Source of the DNA: Bacteroidota bacterium
Lineage (GTDB): Bacteria; Bacteroidota; Bacteroidia; Chitinophagales; Chitinophagaceae
Length of the DNA stretch: 64,000 nt
Direction: 5' to 3'
Assembly (NCBI GenBank): GCA_023409675.1
Contig: JAEYRC010000393.1
Coordinates: 6,621-70,620 of the forward strand
Below, in pieces: positions 8,045 to 18,800 of the stretch. The position numbers and the translations under genes were made by a program. A model generated the notes under the pieces. It searched no databases and was not told the origin of the DNA. It saw only the letters and a program-made list of their open reading frames with translations. Position 1 is the stretch's first letter, and every line of letters starts with the position of its first letter.

Positions 8045-9538
8045 TTATTCATAAACAAATACCGTTTTGCGGGAATAAGCATAATCACCCGTAAGAATGT
8101 AGTTGTATTTAACGATCTGCTCTTTAGGATATCCTTCTTTGTCGTAGGAGTAAGAAAATTCGACCGGTTTGGTCTCAGGATGACCGGCTGCATAAACGTT
8201 ATACTGAACAGTATTATTGTGAATGGAATAGTTTGTCTGGTACAAATCAGGTAATCCCAGGTGCGCATAAGGATTGATGTTAAAGTCATATCCGAAATCC
8301 GTTTTTGAACTCGTTCCATGCGAGGTGGCATACTCCTGCAATACCCGTAATCCGCCGATAACCCGGTTGGTGTATGTTTCGGTATAATGCCGGTCGCTGT
8401 ATTGCACAAGCGTGCTTACGGTATACGAATTATTTCTGTTCACCTCCTCATAAGGAGTGTAGCCGATCGTTGCCGTCACTGTTTTATCACCTTCAGAATG
8501 CTCTGTTTTAGTTAACTGACCTGAAGAAGTATACAAAAAGCGGGTGTTGGCAACTGCATCACCTGTTTCATTGAAATAGTTAATCCGAAAAATCTTTTGT
8601 TGCTGATACTCCAGTTTATGCGTTTCTGCCAGAAAGGTGGTATTATCGGGTTTCTTCCGGAATATATCTATCTGCGTCAGCTGATCAGCAAGGAAGGAAT
8701 ATGCGGTTTTTTCCAGTGGTGTATAAGTGCCATTGGTGGTGTGATACAGTAACGTTTCTTTCAATTTCTTTACAGTACGAGCACCACCCGGAGTATATAC
8801 CATGGATTCATCAATCGTCTCTGGTGTGAGTTCAAATTCATCAGTAATATTCCAGCGTGAAACAGTGAAGTGGTACCGTTCACCTTTTCGATGTAGAAAT
8901 AAGGTATTGGTACCCGGCTGAAGTTCACGAACAGAAGTTAATTCAGAACCGTCGGCGAACCAGGTTGTAAGGGTAAGCTTTGCCGGGATACTGTCATAAA
9001 GGATATTTCCAATCGTGATTGATGGCCTGATCATCACCTGGTATAATTCATTATCCTCTTCTGTAAGTTCAAAGGCGCCTTGCGGATATCCGAAATCCAC
9101 AGCGCTATTGCCGTTTTCTACCCGTGCTACCTCAACAGCAATATGTTGTTCATGTTGTGCATTGAGCGTAAATGGCTGGTCCAGCGGGTTATATACTTCA
9201 GCGGCTTTAGCCGATCCGGTCTTTGGACTGACAAACAGAATCCTGTTGTTTTTAAGGATACGGAATCCGGCCAGACGGTAGTTGCCTCCGGGAAGGCTTA
9301 GGGCTTCGGTTCTGTACCGATCGCTGAACTCGACCGAAACCTCACGGTTTATGACAGTATCGGATCCGCTTCTGATCACCTGAACCACCGCCCTGAGGGC
9401 CGACAGGGTAGACGCTTCGCCGGGTAACTGGCTTATAACAATGCGGAACTGGTGTTCCTGTGGCGGAGGCTGCACAGCGGTTTTTCGGCAGGCTGCCAGC
9501 AGGGTAAGAATACTGATAAGTGTAAAAATTGATTTCAT
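8045..9538 (-). CDS. Hypothetical lipoprotein (unknown function)
   Basis: 497 aa. It has a signal peptide with a lipobox-like LLAAC|RK. The composition is beta-rich and Tyr/Thr-rich. I recognise no catalytic motif. Confidence 0.6.
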   Translation of the reverse strand: MKSIFTLISILTLLAACRKTAVQPPPQEHQFRIVISQLPGEASTLSALRAVVQVIRSGSDTVINREVSVEFSDRYRTEALSLPGGNYRLAGFRILKNNRILFVSPKTGSAKAAEVYNPLDQPFTLNAQHEQHIAVEVARVENGNSAVDFGYPQGAFELTEEDNELYQVMIRPSITIGNILYDSIPAKLTLTTWFADGSELTSVRELQPGTNTLFLHRKGERYHFTVSRWNITDEFELTPETIDESMVYTPGGARTVKKLKETLLYHTTNGTYTPLEKTAYSFLADQLTQIDIFRKKPDNTTFLAETHKLEYQQQKIFRINYFNETGDAVANTRFLYTSSGQLTKTEHSEGDKTVTATIGYTPYEEVNRNNSYTVSTLVQYSDRHYTETYTNRVIGGLRVLQEYATSHGTSSKTDFGYDFNINPYAHLGLPDLYQTNYSIHNNTVQYNVYAAGHPETKPVEFSYSYDKEGYPKEQIVKYNYILTGDYAYSRKTVFVYE

Positions 9539-9711
9539 CGTTGTTCAGGGTTTTATTGTGGTATGTACGCCAGATGACAACTAAATGTTACAAAAGCGTA
9601 ACGGGTATAGTGTTAATTTTCCCTTAATGAAGTGCTGGCCCGCTTCAGCTAGAAGCCGGCGCTGCCGGGTTTAATCGGCAGCTCTCCGGTTTGTGCTCCT
9701 GCTACTAAGTT

Positions 9712-10230
9712 CTATTCTGTAACCAGTATGGCGCTTGTAGAAAATACCATATTGGTGAGCTCGACATTCTTTTTTGCAATCGGATCATAAACCGTTGCTG
9801 AAAACTTTCCACGGGCTTTTTGCCGGGAGAATTCCTGGATTTGTATAGAGCCATGATTTCCTGCATCTAATGGGGTATAATAGGTTACAGGATCTTCATC
9901 AGGAGAAATGTATACAACACCCGCTTCATAATCAAGCTGGCTATCATCAGAGACGATCTGGTAGGTGCCGGCGCCTTTAAAATTATTGATAAGGGCAACA
10001 ATTATCGACCCATCCTCACCTACAGCATTGATGCTTAATGATTGAAATTCTTCGCTGTCGATGTTCAGCGAAACCGCCACACCGTCATCCTGGGCTTTAA
10101 AAGTTCTATTATCAATTTTTCCTGTCATTTCGCCTTCTGCAGCGGGAATAAATACACCGCCTTTATTTTTTGAGCATGACATGGTAAGGCAAAGAATTAA
10201 CAAACTGCTGAGTAATTTTAACTTGAACAT
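9712..10230 (-). CDS. Hypothetical small lipoprotein
   Basis: 172 aa with a signal peptide and lipobox LTMSC|SK. The sequence looks beta-sandwich-like. No family assigned. Confidence 0.55.
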   Translation of the reverse strand: MFKLKLLSSLLILCLTMSCSKNKGGVFIPAAEGEMTGKIDNRTFKAQDDGVAVSLNIDSEEFQSLSINAVGEDGSIIVALINNFKGAGTYQIVSDDSQLDYEAGVVYISPDEDPVTYYTPLDAGNHGSIQIQEFSRQKARGKFSATVYDPIAKKNVELTNMVFSTSAILVTE

Positions 10231-10275
10231 GGTTTATAGTTTATAATGATGAATGAGAAAAATGTTTCGAATGAA

Positions 10276-10746
10276 TTATCTGAAAGTATATCGTGCGGTA
10301 AGTCCGCCACCTCCGCCATAAAAACCTCCGGCGCCTCCTGATATAATAAAGGCAGGTTTCCAGTCGAGACTGAGGTTCAGGGGCGAGGAGGGAAGTTTAT
10401 AATCAAGTCCGGCTATGAGGTCGATTCCAAACACTCCGCCTGAATACCCTCCATAATTCCAGGAGGTGAACTCTGCTCCGCCTCCGGCAAACCATTTCAA
10501 TCCCGGTTCTTTTCCCAGCGGTTGATGGTATTCATATAGGGCAGTTAGGTTAAGACCGCCATACCAGAATCCCAATATTCCTTCAATAGCGCTTTTTTCA
10601 TTGGCAAAATGTTTTACTGATACGCCGTAAGGATAGCCAAGACGAAGGCCTGCAGCGGTTTTATAACCGGAAGAACTTTCTGTCTGCCCAAGAGCAGTTG
10701 CTGTTATCGACAGAAGCAAGGCCAGGCTGATGTAAAGCTTTTTCAT
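10276..10746 (-). CDS. Small outer-membrane beta-barrel protein
   Basis: I place the start at ATG 10746 (MKKLYISLALLLSITATALGQ signal peptide). The protein has alternating Gly/aromatic beta-strand patterns and a C-terminal aromatic residue (…RYTFR). Confidence 0.6.
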   Translation of the reverse strand: MKKLYISLALLLSITATALGQTESSSGYKTAAGLRLGYPYGVSVKHFANEKSAIEGILGFWYGGLNLTALYEYHQPLGKEPGLKWFAGGGAEFTSWNYGGYSGGVFGIDLIAGLDYKLPSSPLNLSLDWKPAFIISGGAGGFYGGGGGLTARYTFR

Positions 10747-10863
10747 GATTCTTTTTTGATGTTTGGTTAATTGATTTGATGATGCAAACATATCCTGCTG
10801 CCGTTCATCAAAATATAGCAGTACTACGGAATAATATTTTTCAGTAGAACTACTTAGACGCTA

Positions 10864-10871
10864 TAGGTTTG
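10864..10871 (+). promoter_or_regulatory. Candidate -7 promoter box (TAGGTTTG) for the kinase/regulator operon
   Basis: Exact TAnnTTTG match 29 nt upstream of ATG 10900. Confidence 0.4.
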
Positions 10872-10899
10872 CCGCCGAAATGAATTTTAAGCGGCTACC

Positions 10900-12903
10900 A
10901 TGTTTTTAAAAGCGTATATATCCCGGCGGAACCTGCTGCACGCCGTACTGCTGGCTTCGGTCTGCATGCTGTCATACAGAGCGTTTGCAGACCGAAATAA
11001 AGGCGAACTGGAGCTGGGGTCAATGCTATCCCCCTCTATAAAGGACAGTACCGGAGTAAAGAAACTTCTTGAAAGGGGGAATTATCTTATAGACTATAAT
11101 GTGGATTCTGCCGCGCTTGTATTGGATCATGCCCTGAGTATAAGCCGGAAGATCCGGTATACTTATGGCATAGCGCGGGCGAATCAGCTCTCCGGAGTTA
11201 TTTATTCCGATAAAGGTGAGTATGCGGTTGCTGCTTCCCGTTACAAGGATGCCCTGAAGCATTTTTTGCTCATCAGCGATCACCGCGGAATTGGCGCTGT
11301 AAATAATAACCTGGGCAACCTGAATAATTACCAGGGTTTGCTTGATGAAGCAGTTGTTCACTATCTTTTGGCAGTGAACGCTTTTCAGCGAGCAGGAGAA
11401 CAGCAATTGGTTTCACTGGCATACACCAACCTGGGATCAGTATTTGAAAAACTCAAGCAATCCGATAAATCATTGTATTATCATCAAAAAGCCGTTGAAA
11501 TATCTGATGACCTTAAGGATAGCGCAAGGCTGATTCATGCGCTGATCAACCAGGGTATTGCATACTCCAATTTAAACCGCCCCGGTGATGCCATGCAATC
11601 GTTTCACCGCTCGCTTTTATTCAGCAGGGTGTTGGAAAATGCACAGGGAATTGGTATAGCCAGTCAGAATATTGGCGACCTATATGAGTCGCATGGCAAT
11701 TATGATTCGGCTGTATATTATTTTGAACAGTCGAAAGCGGCATTGGAAAAACTCAATGACCCCTATTATACTTCTGCTATTTATTATGCGTTGGGTTCAG
11801 TCTATATTCATACCGGTAAAATCAATGTCGGTAAGCAATATATACACCGGGCCATTGATGATGCACACAGGATAGGAGAGAAGGAAATTCTTGCGCGCGC
11901 TTTTTTCCGCTTATCAGAACTTTATGCTCAGACAGGTCAATTTCAAAAAAGTGTTGAAGCCTTAAATCAATATAAGTTGTATGATGACAGTCTCCGGAGC
12001 GCCTCTACCATTCAGCAGGTGAACATGCTGGAAACCCGGTTCCGTACAGCAGAGAAGGATAAGGAAATTGCCGGAAAACAATTGGCGTTAAGCATTAAAG
12101 AAACTGAACTGCGGGAAAAGAATCTGTTGATCGGCTGCATCATTGGAGCATTGATCATTGCAGTGATCATTTCCTTGCTGCTGTTTCGTACCTATCGCCA
12201 GCAAAAATCACTGAATGAACAACAACGGATCAACCTGCAGAAGGAACATCAGATCATTGCATTGCAGGCGATGATGGATGGTGAAGAGAAGGAAAGAACA
12301 AGGTTGTCGCGTGATCTTCACGATGGGGTAGCAGGACTTTTATCAGCAACCAAAATGCATATGCATTCGCTTGAAAAAATCCATAGCGGGCTAAACGATA
12401 CACCGTTGTACCACAAAACCGTGCATATGCTCGACGAGGCTGCCATTGAACTGCGGAAAACCGCGCATAACCTGATGCCACAGGTGCTGCATGAATATGG
12501 TCTTGCAGAAGGTGTTCGCCATTGTTGCAGCAGATATTCAGGAATGCATCATCCCGACATTCAGGTTGAGGTATGCGGGGAGGCTATTCGTTACCCCAGC
12601 CGCTTCGAACTGATGGTTTTCCGGGTTGTGCAGGAATTGTTGCATAATGCCATTAAACATTCAGGAGCCACAAGTATAGTAACGCAGTTGTCTTTCACTC
12701 CCGGATTATTGGCTGTAACTGTAGAAGATGATGGCAGGGGATTTGATCCAGCAGCGCTCGTGCAGGGTGCAGGCATGGGATTAGGCAGCTTACAGTCGCG
12801 GGTAGCCGCACTGGATGGCAGGCTCGACCTGCGTGCTGCGCCCGGTAAGGGGTGTTCCGTATATATTGAATTCGATACTTCACTGCAAAAATTGGCATCA
12901 TGA
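10900..12903 (+). CDS. TPR-repeat sensor histidine kinase (NarL/HisKA_3 class)
   Basis: 667 aa. The order is signal/anchor, about 8 TPR-like repeats, a coiled coil, one TM helix (LLIGCIIGALIIAVIISLLLF), an H-box SRDLHDGV, and HATPase N/G boxes (HNAIKHS, DDGRGF, GMGLGS). Confidence 0.85.
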   Translation: MFLKAYISRRNLLHAVLLASVCMLSYRAFADRNKGELELGSMLSPSIKDSTGVKKLLERGNYLIDYNVDSAALVLDHALSISRKIRYTYGIARANQLSGVIYSDKGEYAVAASRYKDALKHFLLISDHRGIGAVNNNLGNLNNYQGLLDEAVVHYLLAVNAFQRAGEQQLVSLAYTNLGSVFEKLKQSDKSLYYHQKAVEISDDLKDSARLIHALINQGIAYSNLNRPGDAMQSFHRSLLFSRVLENAQGIGIASQNIGDLYESHGNYDSAVYYFEQSKAALEKLNDPYYTSAIYYALGSVYIHTGKINVGKQYIHRAIDDAHRIGEKEILARAFFRLSELYAQTGQFQKSVEALNQYKLYDDSLRSASTIQQVNMLETRFRTAEKDKEIAGKQLALSIKETELREKNLLIGCIIGALIIAVIISLLLFRTYRQQKSLNEQQRINLQKEHQIIALQAMMDGEEKERTRLSRDLHDGVAGLLSATKMHMHSLEKIHSGLNDTPLYHKTVHMLDEAAIELRKTAHNLMPQVLHEYGLAEGVRHCCSRYSGMHHPDIQVEVCGEAIRYPSRFELMVFRVVQELLHNAIKHSGATSIVTQLSFTPGLLAVTVEDDGRGFDPAALVQGAGMGLGSLQSRVAALDGRLDLRAAPGKGCSVYIEFDTSLQKLAS

Positions 12904-13541
12904 AAAAAATACAGGTAATACTGGTCGATGATCATCAACTGATCCTTTCAGGATTAGAAACCATCCTTTATGCTGAACCACATATTGAAGTTATGGCCAG
13001 TTGCCGCGATGGTGCAGCGTTGCTGGAATGCCTGAAGCTGCTGAAACCGGATGTGGTCGTTATGGACATCCAGATGCCGGGCATGGATGGTATCCGGTTG
13101 TGTAAACAGATCAGTACCCGATATCCCGATATCAAAATTCTGGCGCTTTCGAACCTCGAAGAAAAGCAGTTTGTAACCAATATGATCCGGAATGGCGCCC
13201 GTGGTTACCTGCTCAAAACTGTTGAGCCTGCTATGCTGGTGAGGGCAATAGAAACCGTATATGAAGGGTATGAGCAATTTATCCAACCCGAACTTAGCGC
13301 AAAACTGTTTCGTGAATCCCTTACCGGAATAAAACATTCTGCCTACCGACCTGTTTTAACACGTCGGGAAAAAGAAGTGCTCAGGCTGATAGCGGAAGAA
13401 AAAAGCAATCAGGAAATAGCGGAACAATTGTTTTTGAGTATCCGAACCGTGGAAAGTCACCGCTTCAACCTTATGCAAAAACTACAGGTAAAGAACGCTG
13501 CCGGGCTGGTCAGAGAGGCTTTGGAAGCAGGCCTGGTCTGA
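12900..13541 (+). CDS. Response regulator, LuxR/NarL-type DNA-binding
   Basis: ATGA overlap with the kinase stop codon. The receiver domain has DDH...D(V)VVMDIQMPGMDG. The C-terminal LuxR HTH reads LTRREKEVLRLIAEEKSNQEIAEQLFLSIRTVESHR. Confidence 0.9.
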   Translation: MKKIQVILVDDHQLILSGLETILYAEPHIEVMASCRDGAALLECLKLLKPDVVVMDIQMPGMDGIRLCKQISTRYPDIKILALSNLEEKQFVTNMIRNGARGYLLKTVEPAMLVRAIETVYEGYEQFIQPELSAKLFRESLTGIKHSAYRPVLTRREKEVLRLIAEEKSNQEIAEQLFLSIRTVESHRFNLMQKLQVKNAAGLVREALEAGLV

Positions 13542-13769
13542 TGTTTCTTCATGGATAACTTCGCGATGAGTATACCCGTGCCCTATATGCGGTCGCCGCT
13601 TTCGCTTCATGGATAAATTACATTATCCAAAGAATTTTTGTTGTACATGTATCCCAAACCTGGTGGCGAAATATCCTGCACGAAAAATAAACAAGACAAA
13701 TGAGCCGGGGTTTTAAGCAAATGCCCTATTTTTAGTCTTTTGTTTTTACCCGAACTGATAAACTGCCTG

Positions 13770-15158
13770 ATGATGCGATCCTTACTCCTGATAAGCTTAT
13801 TATCTATTGGTATACTGTCTGCCCGTGCTCAGTTACAGCCCGGTTCCATAGTCTTCACATCCGTGAATTTTAATTGTGACGAAGCCTTCAATTTCTATGA
13901 AAATACCAATGGTACATGGTCTTTTGCGGCGTTACAGGATATTCCTGCGGGAACCGTGTTGTTCTTTACCAACACCGGCTGGAATGATCAAACCGGTGAT
14001 TTTTTTACACCATCCACTGAACGGGATGCGGTTATCTCCCTGACACTGACCTCAACCCTTACTGCCGGTACCGTCGTCACCTTTACGGAGGTTATGGGAA
14101 TGGTTGACGGATTTGATGCCATTGTTTCCGGCTCATTTTCGACCGGTACTACCGCATTTCCCCGTACTACAGCGTTTGAGGATAAGGGTATGGTGCTGAT
14201 GCGGCAGGGTAATACTGCCGGTGATCAGATTCTTTGCTATACCACCCCGAATAATGTCTGGAATAATCCGACCAGAACCTTTATTACTGCTATACAGTTT
14301 ACAGCCAGCAGCCTGCAGTCAGGCAACCCATATGAAGCCGTCAGCAGTATCAATGGCTGGCATAAAAATCCTCCCGATGAACCCGCTTCTTCCATGCTTC
14401 CGGCAGGTTTGGTGAATGGGGTAAACGCGGTTTCCGTGATCAATCCCGGAACAGGTGTGATCTATAGCGGTTACCGGTACGATTGTCTTTTGATCGAAGG
14501 CAGCTCAGATGCACTGCGATCAGCCATATATGATTATAATAACTGGTCGGTTTCCGGTATCACCACCCTGCCAGCCAACCTGGATCCCTGTATTCCAGAA
14601 TTTACGGTAAACAGTGCCGTTCCGGTTACCCTTAACCAATTCATTGCCCGTATAGGCGATGATGAAAATACCGTGCTGGAATGGTCAACCCTCACCGAGC
14701 TGAATAATGAACGATTTGAAATTCTGCACTCACTCGATGGCAGAAACTTTCATCACCTTCTAACGGTTCCCGGGAAGGGGAATTCAACTGTTCTGCAAAC
14801 ATATACTGCATCGCATGTTAAGCCTGTACCCGGACTGCACTATTATCAGTTGGTGCAATATGATCTGGATGGCAGGAAAACAAGTCACGGGATCCGAACC
14901 GTTCGGGTACGCGGCGAAAAGCTTAAGGTTGCTGTTTATCCCAATCCGGTTCAGGGCGTGGCTACCATTCGCATAGGTGGAACTCACAACGGTACCGGAA
15001 CCCTTATTATTACTGATGTGCATGGGAAAGTAATTCGTAAACTGACTGTAGTCAGGGAACAGATATCACTGGATATGTCTGGTGTTCCCGGCGGATTATA
15101 CCTTCTCCGCTATCAGCAGGGTGATGAAGTTCGTGTAGAAAAACTTTTTGTCCGCTAA
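13770..15158 (+). CDS. Secreted protein with T9SS C-terminal sorting domain; N-terminal region of unknown function
   Basis: I place the start at ATG 13770 (MMRSLLLISLLSIGILSARAQ). The last ~80 aa (VAVYPNPVQGVATI...GLYLLRYQQGDEVRVEKLFVR) match the Por/T9SS CTD pattern. Confidence 0.7.
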   Translation: MMRSLLLISLLSIGILSARAQLQPGSIVFTSVNFNCDEAFNFYENTNGTWSFAALQDIPAGTVLFFTNTGWNDQTGDFFTPSTERDAVISLTLTSTLTAGTVVTFTEVMGMVDGFDAIVSGSFSTGTTAFPRTTAFEDKGMVLMRQGNTAGDQILCYTTPNNVWNNPTRTFITAIQFTASSLQSGNPYEAVSSINGWHKNPPDEPASSMLPAGLVNGVNAVSVINPGTGVIYSGYRYDCLLIEGSSDALRSAIYDYNNWSVSGITTLPANLDPCIPEFTVNSAVPVTLNQFIARIGDDENTVLEWSTLTELNNERFEILHSLDGRNFHHLLTVPGKGNSTVLQTYTASHVKPVPGLHYYQLVQYDLDGRKTSHGIRTVRVRGEKLKVAVYPNPVQGVATIRIGGTHNGTGTLIITDVHGKVIRKLTVVREQISLDMSGVPGGLYLLRYQQGDEVRVEKLFVR

Positions 15159-15804
15159 GCTGCATTTATTGCACCGGATCGAAAACAATTCTATGCGGAA
15201 GTGAAATGCTGGACCTATTTATTTCTCTACGTCCCAATTTTCCGTAAGGTCAGAAGTGTGCGCGAACGGGTAGTTGCGGAATCTGCAGCATTACAATCGC
15301 TTAACCAATAGTAAAACATGCGGCGGCTTACATGAGTTGTAACCGTTTATTGTATGCTGTGTATATATTTCATCATAGTTCCAATCTTATGGCCCGGCAA
15401 CACATCACGTTGATTGGGGTCAATAAATGGAATATGTAAATAAAGATCATTCATCGATCCTGCAACCCCCTTTCTGCCCCTGAATTAAAAACATCAGAAA
15501 TACTGAACTCCATCAAAATTCCGAAGCTTACCATCCAAATCGGATTTCTTTACTCCGGTTAACCCGCTGATGGAAATTGCAAATATCTCATCTACCATTT
15601 CTTTCTTCTCAATCGGGTGCTGTTTTCTTAAACTGGCTGTAAATACAAAAAATATAATGTACCTGTTTTCACAAAGGGGAAAAATCCTGCCTAATCCGGA
15701 AAAGATGCACTTTTTCAGCCTGAAATTTCCCGATTGCGAAAGGGTTTTTCCCAGTTCAGAAATTTTCCTGACCCACCTTTGCATCATCAAATTTTGATTG
15801 TTTC

Positions 15805-18800
15805 ATGAATACAGACAGGATGATTTCAAGGGTTTTACTGATCGTTGTTTTTATAGCCGGAATTTCTCCGCTGGCCGCGCAGCAGATTTTATTGAAGGGC
15901 AGCGTAAAAAATGCAAAACAGGAAGCCCTGGCAGGGGCAACCATTTCGATAAACGGATCTGAAAAGTCCATTTTTACCGATGCAGAAGGCCGCTTCACGC
16001 TTCCGGCTCAGAAAGGTGATCTGATCAGGGCATCTTATATTGGTTACCGCTCAGCGGAAATCCGAATTCAGGAAGATACGGATGTTCCGGTTACGTTTAC
16101 CCTGTCGCCAGACGAGGAAACATTGCAGGAAGTGATCGTGACCGGCGCATTGGGGATCAAGCGTTCCGCCAGGAAATTCGGCGCCAGCGCAACGGTGGTT
16201 GGGCATGATGAATTGAATCAGGGCAAGACCGTTAATCCGCTTTTCGGATTAACCTCAAAAGTTTCAGGGCTGCGTATCAACATGTACGATAGTAAGGTAG
16301 ATCCACAAATTCAGATCAACCTTCGCGGCTCCAGGTCACTGAGCCGCAGCGCGGGTATCGATGGCCGGAATCCGAATGCACCGATCTATGTAGTTGATGG
16401 TATGCCTATCCCCGATATCAGCAGGCTTAATCCCAACGATATCGAAAGTATTTCAGTACTGAAAGGCGCCAATGCTGCTGCATTGTATGGATCGGAAGGG
16501 GTGAATGGTGCCATCATGATCACCACTAAAAGTGGACGGAAGGGCGCGGGACAGGTTCGGTTCTCCCATACTTCAACCCTGTCATCTGTCTATTTACTAC
16601 CTCCGGCACAAACGCGTTACGGTCAGGGGAATAATGGCGTTTATGATCCAACCCAATACGAGTCATGGGGACCTGAATTCGATGGCACTATGAAAGATTT
16701 TGGACTTCCGCTTCCCGATGGTACGCAGCCTCAGTTGCTGTATGCCGCTCCGGAAAAAGACAATCGCCGCGAGTTATTTCAACATGGCTTAACGCAGCAA
16801 TATGACCTGTCGTTCTCCGGAGGTGATGATCGTAGTACTTATTTCATGTCGGGACAGCATGTCGCGATTAAGGGAATAATTCCAAATGATAAAAGCAACC
16901 GGACCAGTTTACGCTTTAATGGCTCCAGGAAGTTTGGCGCACTTAAAACATCCTATGCACTCAATTATATCCATAACAATAAAAATACCACTCCCGATGG
17001 TCCGTGGGTAGGGGCTTACCGATTACCCGCGAATTATGATTTCAGTATGATGAAAGACTGGAATGATCCGAATTCACCGGGAAATCCGCTGAATTATTTC
17101 ACCAGTCAGGGTAGCTGGCTTCGCAATCCGTATTTCCTGATCGATAATATTCGAGATGAAAGCCGCCAGCAGACCCTGAACGGCAAAATAGAACTTGATT
17201 ACACTTTTGCCCCCTGGTTTAAAGCGTTATACCGGGCCGGACTGTATACGATGCAGGATGAAACCCGCAGCAGCACCCGCAAATTTGAAGCGCCGGGAAC
17301 AAGAAATACAGTGGGTCGCGTTAACGATGGGGTGAACAGTTACCAGCGCATCAACAGCGATCTCATTCTTAATTTTGAAAAGAAAACTGACCGATTTTCA
17401 GCCAATCTGTTGCTGGGCCAGAACATCCGCAGCGATAACCGGAAACAAACCAGTATCGGCGCCGGAAATTTATTGTATCCGGATATCCTCAATCCCGACA
17501 GCCGGGAAGGAGAGTTAACCGGTTCGGTGGGAATTACGGAATACCGCTCCGCAGCAGCCTACGGAGAACTTACAATAGGGTATAATGATTTTCTTTACCT
17601 CACTGTAACCGGCCGTAATGACTGGGTTTCGGTTTTGAGCCCCGAGAACAGATCCTATTTTTATCCGGGCATCAGTTTATCCTTTATCGCCAGTGATGCC
17701 CTTGAGTTTTTGCGCAACAGCCAGGCTGTATCCTATGCCAAGCTGTATGCATCCTGGAATAAAACCGGTAATGTTACCCTGTCGCCTTACCAACTGAATA
17801 ATGCCTATACACAGCAGAATGGTTTTCCGTTTGGGGGAATGGTGGGATTTCTGCCCGGTCTTACCAATCCTAACGCCAATATACAGCCGGAATTCGTTAC
17901 CTCTTATGAAGCCGGCATGCAGATCAGTTTGTTGAATAACCGGTTGCATCTGGAAGGCGCTTATGCCTATTCTGATTCTAAAGGTCAGATCTTCAATGCC
18001 ACCACGTCGTCCTCAACCGGGTATAATTCAGCCCGCGTAAATGCCGGAAGGCTGACGAACCGGGTTATAGAACTTTCTGTGTCGGGACAGTTGATAAAGC
18101 GGCAGCAGAGCAGTTGGACCCTGGGCTTCAATTTCACGCATATCGATAACCGCGTGCGTGAATTGTATGAAGGGTTGAACAGTATCAATAATTTCCGGCA
18201 GTCATATGCAGTTATCGGGCAGCAGTTTCCCAGCCTGCTGGTCAGCGATTATAAGCGCGATCCGCAGGGAAGGGTAGTGGTGGATGCCGCAACGGGTGAT
18301 CCGTTGATCGCTGCCGATAATACTCATCTTGGAACCCTGGTTCCGCCTTTTCAGATGGGCATCAGCAATCAGCTCAGCATAGGCCGTTTCGCGTTAGGCG
18401 CTCAGTTCGACTGGCGTATGGGTGGATGGTTATACTCAGAAATTGTTCCGGCCATGTATGCGGCAGGTACTGATCCACGTACAGCAGCATACGATCGGCA
18501 ACCTTTCGTATGGCCAAATTCCGTAGTTCAACTGCAGGATGGAAAATACCAGGCCAACACCGACCTGAAGACCTCCGGTGGTGGAAGAGCATTCTGGAGC
18601 AAGCAGGGTGAAGTGCAGATCAATACTGCTGCACCCTCCGATTTTTTTAAACTTCGGGAACTGAATCTTAGCTATACTTTCTCGCCGCAGTTATTTGGCA
18701 ATGGAAGGTTTATCCGGGAGGCCAGCATAGCTTTAATCGCCACCAATCTCTTTATTCTTCGTCATGCCGATAACCGCTATGGTGACCCGGAATATTTATA

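Noticed and set aside
15494-15790. A 98-aa minus-strand ORF, and the overlapping 75-aa plus-strand ORF, in the gap upstream of SusC, as possible genes or regulator remnants.
   Set aside because: They have no recognisable domain and an odd composition. Neither has a convincing start context. I retain them only as part of the 'unexplained gap' observation.
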